This document shows, in pieces, positions 52,796 to 64,000 of a stretch of 64,000 bases of DNA. Within the stretch, counting starts at the first letter, position 1; the number at the start of each line of letters is the position of its first letter. The DNA is taken from NCBI RefSeq assembly GCF_009834535.1, contig NC_045696.1, forward strand, positions 29,266,001 through 29,330,000, read 5' to 3'. The notes under the pieces were generated by a model. The model saw nothing but the letters and a program-made list of their open reading frames with translations. It made no database searches and had not been told where the DNA came from. This DNA comes from Camelus ferus (Eukaryota). The position numbers and the translations under genes are program-made.

Positions 52796-55700
52796 GGCTT
52801 AACAATGGCTCCCTTATCATATCTTAGGTAGGTATATATGAGGTCCAAGGAGGGTAACAACAGGGACACAGTTATGCTGGGTTGGGATCTGTGGCACAGT
52901 ATGTCACTTTACCAGAACTCTTTGAAGCATCAAAATGGATTTCAGCTCCTCCTCTTCCTCTCAACTGTCAGGGAAATAATTAAGCATAAAATTATTTCAT
53001 CATTCCAATTCAAAATTATCTACTTTAGGGCATCTCCCTGGCCATGGTCAGGTTAGTCAAAGTAGTGGGTTGCCTACAGCCTATGCAGAACAGTGCCTCT
53101 TGGAGGAGGTAAGCAATGAGTGATTTTTTTTTAGAAAGAGATAAATATATACAAACATACTTGAAGTTATACCAGAAATCTGTTTAAAAAAAAACAGATT
53201 CCTCTAGAGAATAGAACTGGTAGATAGTGTTGGAAAGATACTTATTTTTATGTAATAAAAACTTTTTACCATATGCAATGAATTATTTTGAATCAGGAAA
53301 TAACTGATAAATTTAAACTTTCTAGTTGGGATACATCTGGAAGATAAAGAGGAACAGTACTAAATGTTTTAATCAACACCAGTTGATATGATTCCCAAGT
53401 AATCAATTCTTAGTATGTATCTTTCGTTTAAAGCAAGTCTAAAAAAAGATTAAAGCCTATTGGAAAAAAAAAAAAAAAAGAATCTTTCCACCAACCCAAA
53501 ACCCTAAATCATGTCCTGAGAGATTGTAACCACTGGACACTACCTAGGTATAACAATTACAAAGGTTCATCCCTACATGTATAATGTTAAAATCTGGATA
53601 TTTAGTTCTAGTTCTAAGTTATGCAATGTGACTTTATGCGGGTGTTTGTTTGTTTGCTTGTTTGCTTTGGTGTGAGTCATCTTCAGATAAGCAGCCTGTG
53701 TGGGACACATTTTCAATTGAATATACTCCTGTTTGTCTAAGTCTCCTCCACAATACTGGGCCAGAGGAGCTATCTGCTCTAATCAGAACTATATACGCTG
53801 CTTACCTACATGTATTCCCCCGAGGTATCATGCATCACTCTCAGTACCATGGGGCATCATTTCTGAGGTGGTACTAACTGATGCTGCAGACAGCATCAGT
53901 GCTGTGCTCACTCACTTCTACCCTCTTCCCTCACTTTTCCCTCTCTCTGCCTCTCTCTATATGTATCTACATCTGTATGCACATAATACATGCTTCATTA
54001 GTTAGTGATAGTTTTATCCTTCCAAGAACAGATTCTATAGAAAGGTCTTTAATAAACTGCTTTGAAAAAATTTATGTCTCATTTCTGTGGTTTACAATTC
54101 TGAATTTTCTCACCATAGGTCATCTTCTCCCATCTGGAGGGGGGTGGCATTAGGAATAGTGTTAAGATCAAATATTCACAGTTTCCATACCATCCACCAG
54201 GACCTTCTCCTCTCCTACGTAGCCTGAGCACTCTTGCCAGAGATGGTATCAGAGATCTGAGTTTAACACCAAAGCAACATAGCTGTGGTCGGTTTGTGCT
54301 AAGCCGAGAGTGATAATAAATACTGTAATTAGAGACTCCAGGGCTCCTTCCCAGCATAGCCACACAGAAATCAATTTAACACTGAAAGGCCACTAATAAG
54401 TAGTTGTTTCATTCCACACCTAAAAGTGTCTTTCCTCTCCGTTCTTTTTGCACTTCTTCGGCATTACTTGATGTTAGAACTAGAACATCCTCTTTAAGTG
54501 TGTCGTGTCTTACCTGGCCAGTGGATAGGCTCATTTTAGTGAAGAGTACAAGATTAATTTTTCAAAAGCCACTTTATGTGTTCCCCACCCCCATACATAC
54601 ACATGCATGTATATGCACACGCACACAAAGACACACGCACATAAAGACACACGCACACACACCACGCTATTACAAGTTAGCATCAACGCATGGGAAAAAA
54701 CATCTGGGAGTCCAGAAAGTCAATACAGCCAATCTACTTTTTTTTATATATAGAGAGAGAGAAGCATGAAGGTTTTTTTACTTCTCTCTAAATGGTTCTA
54801 AGAAACAGCAGCTCTGCCATTCTTTGGTGCCTGTGGTAGCAGGAAATACTTTGAAGCCTTAGGCTCCTTTTAATCACATGGCTCTTGCCATTCCTGATAT
54901 TTCTAATAAAAGAAAAATCCTAGCAAGAATGCACTCATTCCCAAGGAAAGTAACTAAACTGCAGTTCATCTATAGATCAACTTCCTTCATGATAGAAACT
55001 ATTTAAATAAAATTTTCTACATAACAAAAATACCCAGCTGATTACCTTTTGTTTCAGAAATATTTCATCAGAATTGTAGTAGGACCACTGCCAGACTCAT
55101 GTAGAGTTCACTGTAATAGGACCCGATTTATTGTGAGTCTGTAAATACTCTCGTTCACATAAGCTATGCATAAGGAATCCTGTTTTCTGTATTGATGGCT
55201 TCTCTATCAGGGATAGATGACATCAAAATCATTATTCTCTTTGTGTGGTTGCAAAACACATAAAATCCATTGTTTTTAATCAAGTCATTTCACTTTCCAA
55301 TTCACAGACTCTTATTTGCTATGAGTCCTGTTAGTCATTAGTATAAATTAGGATGGGTCTACAATTGTAATGACCCATGCCTTATTAACCTCCTCCCTTT
55401 ATCAAGCACTGTGATTTAAGAGACATCAGTTCAGCCTACACAGTCTGCAAAATTAACATCAGTCACCCTGGAAATAATCATGAAAGAGAACACTTTAATA
55501 ATGGAGAAAGAAATCCTGAGTCATATAGGACCATTATCCACTTATAAACTTAAAATGTATGGAAAGATAAAAGAATAGAGATTCACATGCAAATATGTGT
55601 GTGTGTCTATCCTGGAAAACACTACTTCACTTGTGTTGGATTCAGTTACTCCATACACTGAATTCTAAGCATGTAAAAGATCTGGTAATAGGTTTTAAAT

Positions 55701-56699
55701 GGAGGTAACATGGCTTAATGGACTAAGCTCTAGGACTTAATGGAATCAACGAGTGAATTTTAAAACCTGGTCTGCCACTAAAAGGTTATGTAAACTGTAG
55801 GAGTCACATTTTTAGTAGTTTCAGGCTCATTACTTCCAGTCAGTAACATCTGAAATATTGTCTGCCAAAATCCACCTTGTTATCAGTGAAAAATCTACTA
55901 GGAGATGTTTCTGTCTTTATATGTGTCCATCTACTTATATTTTCATGTAGATACGTGCTCTTTACTTACATGCTTTAAAGACCCAGTTGTTAAATGAGAT
56001 TTTACTTTTTACTCCTATTGCCTTTCACACAGTACCTTTGTAAACCTATCATTGCTAATGAAAGATAAGAACCCTATTTTTTTCACTTGGACAATGGTTA
56101 ATATTGAATTACTTACATATTTATACTGAGTGGTACAAAAAGATGGATGCAATCTGCTTCTTCAAGAAAATTCTATTTTGATATTCTAACAGTCACAGTC
56201 CTAGGTTACTAATAATTAGTACAGAGAGACCATGGAGAATTGAACATAATCCTAATGCAAGTTCTAATCATCCTGTCTCTAGATAGCCATTTTATAATCA
56301 TATATGATTCCTCATGTTCTCTGTCCCTTGGATTTAAGCTACCTTAAGTCATCTGAACCATTGTTCCTACCAATAGATCTCCTAGACCAAACTAATAAAA
56401 GGTAAAAATTGTAAAGTGTGAATACAGACATCATGAATAAGACACTTCCTTCTTTATTTATAATTAATTCTCCAAAATATCTACCCAATACAGGTGTAGC
56501 ATCCCTTCTCATATTGTGACTTGTCCCCTGGAGTATGCAATTCCAATGAAGGGGTTATACACTGGCTAAAACAGTTCCTCTGCTATTCACTCCATCATTC
56601 ATTCTATTAAGACTGGTGATACAGAGGTGACAAGAACAGAAGGAAATACTCATCTATTGGGAAAATGGACAAATGACTGCATTACCTTCAATGATCCGG

Positions 56700-56880
56700 G
56701 TGCTTGTTGAGTACTTTGCATGTATTATCTCAGTTTCTCCTCATAATAACCCTATTGAGAAAGGGACTATAATTATCTGACATTTTGCAAACAAGGAAAC
56801 TGAAGCAAAGGATAAATTATTTGTCTAAAATCATACATTAGAAAGTAGCTAATTACAGATTTAAACTCTGATAATCCAGC
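56700..56880 (-). mobile_element. MIR SINE
   Basis: tctcctcataataaccct...attttgcaaacaaggaaactgaagca. Confidence 0.75.
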
Positions 56881-57134
56881 CAAAAGTATGTTTTGGAAAC
56901 TCAAATGGAAGCCTGTTGGTTAGAACAATGATGCTGAAACTATAATAAACCATATTTATTTTCAGAGTATATAGTCTTTGCATTCCACATGCCTCTTTAG
57001 TTCTAATGTAGGTTTAAATCAATCTTCTACAAAACCTACCTTGCCTAGGCAGTTTTATCCTGTGGATTCATTCTCTAGTAATGTGAACAAATCCATGTCC
57101 CATGTGGAGGAGAAGACTGGAGGAATAGGAAGGC

Positions 57135-57350
57135 GGCTAGCATTTATTGAGTGCCTACTTTCAGAAGCACTAGGCAGCATATGTTAGTAAACACTTTAAG
57201 CAACTCTAATTTAAAGGGATTGTCAGCTCCATCTTACTGATGACGAATCTAAATCACCAAGAGGTTAATTAACTCCTAACGATTATTCTGGTTGGAATTC
57301 AAGCCTACATTTTTAAAATTTGAAAATATTCATGTTCTTTCACCACATAA
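57135..57350 (-). mobile_element. MIR SINE
   Basis: ctagcatttattgagtgcctact...ctccatcttactgatgacgaatct. Confidence 0.65.
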
Positions 57351-60289
57351 ATAAAAATCCTAGGCCCAGCAGCACTCCTTTCCCAGTACCACCCCCAACA
57401 TACAGAGTTAAAGCTATTTGTTCATTTCAAACTCAAGTTTTGTTTCATTTTAGAGGTTCAATAGAATTATTCTGAGGGAAAACTTTCACTGCTTAAGATG
57501 TAGCATCTCTATAGTTATAAAACAGGCTAAGATGAGAGTTGGGGACCAAAAAGAGTTCATTTGACCATATAATCCCTTTCATCTATTAAAACAGATTACA
57601 TAAATTGCACTCAATAAGACAAAGCCTTGCCATTATTTGATTTGCAACAACACACGTTCACCCTTCAAAACACAAAAAGATGGCATAGGCTTTCGCAGAA
57701 TTATGCGCAGATACCATAGCTAATCCCTTGAAAGAAATTCAAACTGATCACAAAGCCTTTTAGAAGACCATAACAAAAAAAAAAAAAGAAGAAGAAGAAG
57801 AAGAAAGAAAACCAGCAATGTTAAAGGGGATGAAAAATACACGTGCTGATCAAATTAGTCTTGGAATCCAGTACTTAGTTGATAAAACAGTTTTATTCTA
57901 GAAACGCTCAGGAAAGAAATGGATGGCAAGGGTTAATATAAAAGCAACCCCCACTAACAGAGAAGAACACGGCCCTCAGGGCAATCAGTCTTTCAACTGC
58001 ATTTGAGAAAGGGTATTGCTCTAAGTCCATGCCCATAATAAAACTGCGATTTTCCTATGTGCTTCCAGTGCTTAATGGGAGTAAACAGAGAACTGAGAAG
58101 ATCTGCCAGCACCTGGATTTGCATAGTAACATCAACCCTAAACCAGAAAGCTGGAAATGGATCCTTATCTGGAATTTTGCACCGGTGACCATGAGTCCGA
58201 GATACTGACTTTGGTAGAGTGACAAGCACATGCATGACCTTGAGGACCCTAGATATCAAGATCCTAAGAATATGAGAACTCCTTTGAAACCTGACTAATC
58301 CAAAGTCTGGCTGAAACCTCATCTTTCTCTGGACCATAAGCAGAAATTCCTCAAATCCCAAACAGTCCTCATTTAAGCCCCTAGAAACTGGATCAAGCCA
58401 GAAGCTATGCATAAAGTCAAAACTGGCAAGACAAGCTCAATTTGAGAATCAAAATTCAAAATCAGAAATTATGCAGCCTTTGGGCCTAAAGCACCCTTAC
58501 ACAGTCCAGGGAGATGCAGGGATGTCAGTAGAGCAGTTACATCAATCCAGAGTTGACGTACGTGCCAAAAGTTTCCAGAGAACAATATGGGACAGTGCCC
58601 TTGGTATACTTTGTGGGATATGGATTATGGCAACTGATGACTTAACACACCCTTGCCTTTTTTTTTTTGATAAAACTTCTTTTTGGTAAGCACCGCTCAA
58701 CATATTGTCAAGGGTAAGGCACCAGGCTACCCAGTGCAGAGAACCTCCCAGGATAATCATAATATCACAAAAAACAAGTTGGCCTTTCTTGCTAAGGATC
58801 ATGTTATCAGAGACAATGCGTGTGAGCTATACTTCAACCCGCCACAAATTAACGGATTCCTTCACTGGTAATTGCATCTGTGGTATTAAATGATCACTTT
58901 GATGTAACCTTTCAGGAAGCAAAATATGACTAAAAATGAACACATATATGTACAGAAGAACACACATACATACAAATATATGAGAAATTGCTGCTTCAGG
59001 GAAGCAAAGATGAAGGGGCCATCTCCCACACACCCCTCTACAGTTGGTCTCTAGAACCCCTCCACAGAGACCCTAAGGTAGCTAAAAGCTGTTTGAAGTT
59101 GCTCAAACTATTTTCAAGCATGTTACTATTAAACAGTAGGTTTTTAACAATAAGTAATCATTTCTTTAAATTTGACTTCTGATACCCCAACAAATCTGTG
59201 TATTTTCTGGGGGAAAGTGCAGGAAAATCTCTGAACTCCTTAGGACATTTTAATCTAATTCTATTAATTATGTTTGTTGGAGGAATCACAAAATTTCACT
59301 GATTTTAAGAGAAAAATTAGTAGAAACACATACCAGATGAGATATAACTCTGAGTATGAATGAATTCATTGCAGGATTCAATCTTTATGAAAAGGAAAAG
59401 AGTTAAGAGAAGGTAGAAGAGTGGACTTAAAAAGAAAAGAATAAAATTATTTGTAGATAATGTCAACTTTTCTCTCTAACAGAAGCAAAGTAAGATCAAA
59501 GCCTCTCTTGGGTAAAGTCACCTCAGAACAGGGAGGATATTGTAGGATCTCATAAGTGAGTCAATGAGTTTCTGAAATCCCTTCACCTGAAATTGGAGTC
59601 CTGTCTGTCACCTGTGTAAGCAGAGTGACTCAGATGGTTATGGTAAAGGCTATATAAACAATGAGAATGCCTATAAAGTTCACTATTGTCAAATAATTAG
59701 AGAAAAATTAGGAAATTACAACACAGTTCTTTTTGGAAAGGCAAAAAAAAAATATTTCTTTTTCAATATTTGGGACCTCAAAGTGAACAGTTACGAAAGA
59801 TCCACTCTATTATATACAAAGAACATAAATCATAAGGCTGTCCAAAGAGCATGAGATCCAAGAAATATGATGTACAAAGTAACAGAATGGTAAACACAAA
59901 AACAGGATAAACCCTGATTATCTGAGAAAACTAAGTAATTACATTGTGATAAGAGATTTATTAAATTAGAAAAGGAAGAGAAAGATGCAAATTTAGAATA
60001 ATTTCATTAGCAAAAGCTAACTAATCCCCAGAGGAATGCATCAATTATATCCTTGGTTCTGTCAGATTTGGAGCAAACTTAAATGGAGTAAATAATATGC
60101 TATTCCAAAATTGATTTGCACTTTCAACCCTTGTCTGGGTGTTGATCTTCTCATTAAACTAGCAAAGTTGTTTTCTTTCTTTTTTTAAATTGAATGTTCA
60201 GAGGAAGTTTATTACTATTTTCAGCATGTGAAAATCTGATTAAATATAGGTACTGTTTCCTACTAAAGCCACATGTCTTATAATTACCA

Positions 60290-60375
60290 GTTCATTAATT
60301 TATCCTCATTACTGTCATTCCTATTTTATGTGTGAGGAAACTAAGATGACAGTTTCCGTTCACTTGTTTAACGCA
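60290..60375 (-). mobile_element. MIR fragment
   Basis: attcctattttatgtgtgaggaaactaag. Confidence 0.5.
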
Positions 60376-60825
60376 GCAAATGATACGTATGATGTCAAAA
60401 GAAAGGCATCCCAGAGACCGTAAAACATGAATTGCTCGTTGGAAAACATGAGGGAGGCAGCCTAGACAAAGGGATAGGGTATGAGGAAGCCTTTCAGTGC
60501 AGATAAAGCTGCTTCTGGAGACAGAAAGGGGAAGAGAGAGAGAAACAGAGAGAGAGAAAGAAAGATGCATTTCAGAGACTGAGTTTTACAGGAGAACAAA
60601 TATGGTGTAGCAACAGAAAAGGTTTAGGGAGTTAGGCTGGTTCTGTGTCATGTAGCATCTTGAAGGTCATGCTTGGAAATGTATACTTTTCCCATAGACC
60701 ACTGAGGAAACATCAAGGGATTTTAAGCGAGGACATTGCATTTCCAATACTTCTGGTAAAATGTTGAAAATGGTTTGGAAGGCAGCAATTCTGAAATCAG
60801 GAAATTCCATTATAAGATTCTTTCC

Positions 60826-62936
60826 TCTTTTTGTCTAGCCTCGTTGAGATATAAGTGACATATAACATCATATAAATGTAAGGTGCACAAAGTGATGATA
60901 CATCTCTGTCACCTCACATAATTACCTTTGTGTGCATCTGTGAATGTGTGTGTGTGGTGAGAACATTTAAAATCTATTCTCTTGGCAACTTTCAAGTACA
61001 TAGCACATTATTGTTAACTATAGTCACCATAGTGTGCAGCAGATCCTCAGAACTTATTCAACTTATAATTGGAAGTTTATACCCAATAACCAATGTCTTC
61101 CCATTTCACCCTAGCCCCTGGAAACCACCATTCGATTTTCTGTTTCTGTGAGTTTGGTTCTTTTTTTGGGAGGTGGGGAGTAAGTCAGGTTTATTTATTT
61201 ATGTATTTTGTATTTTTGTTTTTATTTTTTAATGGCAGTACTGGGGACTGAACCCAGGATCTAGTGTAGGTTATGCACACACTCTACCACTGAGCTATAC
61301 CCTATGCCCCCCCAAGTTTGGCTCTTTTAAATTCCACATATAAATAAGATTATACATTATTTATCTTTCTCTCTGTGATTTTTTTTCACTTAGTATATAA
61401 TACCCTCAAGATCCTACTATGTTCTTACAAGTGACAGGGTTTACTCTTTTTTAATAGTTGAATAATATTCCATTATACACATACACACACCATTTTCTTT
61501 ATCCATTCATCCGTTGATGAACACATAGGTGGTTTCCTTGTTTGGGCCATTGTAAATAATGCAGGTGCACCGCTGGAGGGACTAGCCCCACACACAAGCA
61601 CAGCAATGGGTTTCAGCGGTGGGGATCTAGGTTGGCATCTCGTACTCGCACAGCAGGCTGTTCCTACAGTGTGCCTGATACTGGTAGCCCCTGCCATCTT
61701 CCTTGTCCCAAGCCATCTCTTCAAGTCTCAGCTTTGCAGGTATCTGGGTGTGGTGAAGCTGAAGTAGATCCTTCAGGCACTGCCCTGAAAGGCTGGGAAG
61801 TTGGTTGTTCACCCCATTCTCCCATTCCAGCAAAGGGGGGGGGGGGACTCTTTCCAGTAGAGGAGTTCCTTCCTGGTGCTGAGCAGTGCCAGCCTGGGAG
61901 ATGGGATGATACAGGCAAAAGTAAAGATGTTTTCCTTACTGTTGTGTTTCCTGACCGTCTTTTATTTTCAGGTTCTTCTGTGCCACTGTGTTGCTGTAGT
62001 TTCCTAAATGAACTCCTAAGCTGTCCCAGAGCTACTTTTGTTTGTAGATGCCCAATTATTGACCTTTGCTGGGGGACAGAGTCTGCAGCCTCTTACTCCT
62101 TGATTTTGGTGACATCACTCCATATCACATTTGATTTGCAAATGTTAAACAATCCTTGCATCCCAGGCAGGAAGAAATCCCACTTGATCATGGGGTATAA
62201 TCCTTTAAATAGGCTGCTGAGTTTGATTTGCTAGTATTTTGCTGACAATTTTTACATCTATATTCATCAGGGATATTGGTCCATAATTTTCTTTTCTTGC
62301 AGTATCCTTATCTGGCTTTGGTAACAGGGTAATCCTGAACTCATAAAATGAGTTTGGGTGGGTTCCCTGCTCTTCAATACTTTGGAGGAGTTTTCTGAAC
62401 GGTGTTAACTCATCCTTAAACATTTGGTAGAATTTACGCTAGAAACCATTTGGTCCTGGGTTTTTCTTTGTTGGGAAGTTTCTGATTAAGTAGTTCAATC
62501 TCCTTACTCACTGATCTGTACAGATTTATTATTTCTTCATGATTCAGTCTTGGTAGGTTGTATACTTTTTTGGAATGTATCCATTTCTTCTAGGGTATCC
62601 AATTTGCTGGCATAAAATTGTTTACAGTAGTTTCTTTTGATCCTTTGTATTTCAGTGGTTTCATTTTTGATATTATTTCAGTTCTTTCTCCTTTCTTATT
62701 ACTTTAGCTAAAGTTTTGTCAATAGTGTTGATCTTTTCCAAAAACCAGGTCTTAGTTTCATTGATCTTTTCTATTTTTTTGTCTCTATTTCATTTATTTA
62801 TACTCTGATCTTGTTTCCTTCCATCTGCTAAATTTGGGCTTGGTTTGTTCTTCTTTTTATAGTTCCTTGAGGTATAAAGTTAGAGTGTTCATTCAGGACC
62901 TTGTTTCTTTTCTTAATGTACTGGTTGTTCAAGAGA
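60826..62936 (-). mobile_element. Old L1 (L1MA-like) with permuted segments: ORF2 middle, then 5'UTR, then 3' end
   Basis: 3'UTR/ORF2 end 60826-61562; GC-rich 5'-end-like 61563-62121; ORF2 ([30 protein letters not shown]) 62122-62920. Confidence 0.8.
61165..61314 (-). mobile_element. tRNA-derived SINE (camelid vic-1-like) nested in L1 3'UTR
   Basis: Reverse complement ggtatagctcagtggtagagtg (A box)...cctgggttcagtccccagtac (B box); TSD agtttggttctttt 61151-61164 / agtttggctctttt 61315-61328. Confidence 0.9.
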
Positions 62937-63209
62937 ATAAGACCCTCTCCATAATCTAGGTGTTAATGATCCCTTATTCAGGGCAGATGCAGAAAATGTA
63001 ACAGATTTGAAATATATGGAGGAAATGAAATCATTAGGACTTAGTAACCATTTGACATGGGTAAAAGGGAAGAGCCAAATGTGGTCACCAAGAATATTAT
63101 TTCTTTTACTAAGAAGAAGATCAAAAGAGAACACAAGGAAGGTTCAAAATTGGTATGGGAAAAAGTGGTGCATTCATATTTTAGGCACATGAGTTTGATA
63201 AAATCTGTT

Positions 63210-63900
63210 AGTCTGGAAGATGGCTTGCTGTTGTTCTGTCAGCCTGCATAACTGATTCAGGAATTCAGAGCATGCAGGTGGTTGGTCATGCTGATTAGAT
63301 ATTTCCTTTGTGACCCCAACTGTGGGCTTTAAAATGGTAAGCCAGAAACATGACCAAGAGCTACCTTGAGGTGTAGCCTTTCTGAAGCCTCAACTAAATG
63401 GCTGGTGTGTTCATCAAGGCCTCTCCGCTCTGCACGTCCAGAACTCCAGTCGCTTTAATTACCGTTCAACTAACAGAATCTTAGTTCAGCTCACAGGCCC
63501 CTGTAGCTTTTCTCTTCTAGGCCCCTTAGAATCTTGAAATGTGACAGTTCAGAGTTCATTCAAAGATTGGAGGGGTCCTTAAGCTAGTTTCTGCACCATT
63601 CTCTCTAACTTGCCCTGAAAATTATACCTACCTCAGCAGCTCGAACTGATCCATGTTCTTCCCGATCCAGTGGGACTGCTGACCTCTCCTTGTGCTCCCG
63701 TTCCTGGACCAGTTTGAAAAGTGCCTCCAGGCAAAAGCAGAGTGAATGTGGAGCTTATTTTCTGAGTTTCCTTTCTCCTAAGGATCACACTCCTATGCGA
63801 AATTTTGCCCAATGCCTAAAACAGTTGCTTTCTATATTTTGCCAAGTTTCATAGTTCTTATGGAAGAGGGTAAACCTGTTGTTTGGTCATTTTCAGAATC
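63210..63900 (-). mobile_element. Ancient L1 5'UTR (L1MC/MD/ME-type 5' end)
   Basis: gtttcctttctcctaaggatcacactcct...aaaacagttgctttctatattttgccaagtttcatagtt. Confidence 0.65.
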
Positions 63901-64000
63901 CCACATTGTAAAAATTTAACACATACTACTCAATTGCCCTCCCCAAAAGATCAATAGGGATTGAAGTAATCTAAGGGGAGAGGTTTTAAAATTTAGGAAA

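Larger units (their letters stand above)
60560..63205 (-). mobile_element. L2 fragment split by the 60826-62936 L1 (pieces ~60560-60825 and ~62951-63205)
   Basis: ggattttaagcgaggaca...ggaaattccattataagattc | ataatctagg...agatttgaaatatatggagg. Confidence 0.6.

Noticed and set aside
52477..52869. K/R/E-rich and F/S/L-rich ORFs
   Set aside because: Translation of the microsatellite and L1 ORF2 end.
57993..58893. Cluster of overlapping short ORFs
   Set aside because: Both strands, no recognisable homology or consistent exon structure.
61632..62234. 200-aa plus-strand ORF
   Set aside because: TTG start, antisense to GC-rich L1 5'UTR-like sequence and crossing an L1 junction; chance open frame.

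Overview
AT-rich mammalian intronic/intergenic DNA, probably camelid (inferred from two tRNA-derived SINEs resembling vic-1 and from the L1 3'UTR types). No host protein-coding gene, RNA gene or CRISPR-like array can be supported; the informative ORFs are decayed LINE-1 ORF1/ORF2 fragments and most short ORFs look like chance. Interspersed repeats are dense: several generations of L1 (nested, 5'-truncated, internally deleted, inverted), MaLR/ERVL solo LTRs, Tigger and hAT DNA transposons, MIR/L2/L3 relics and microsatellites. The most unusual signals are atypical L1 architectures: an ORF1-only 'half-L1'-like element (1-2462), a twin-primed inverted L1 with extra deletions (14712-17332), a segment-permuted L1 between one putative TSD pair (60826-62936), and a 3'UTR-less L1 ending in a graded AAAAG>AAAAGG>AAAGG>AAAGC repeat. 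A few repeat-free patches are weak enhancer/exon candidates. I found no convincing evidence of a wholly new biological system. Subfamily names come from recalled consensus features, and boundaries of old repeats are approximate.
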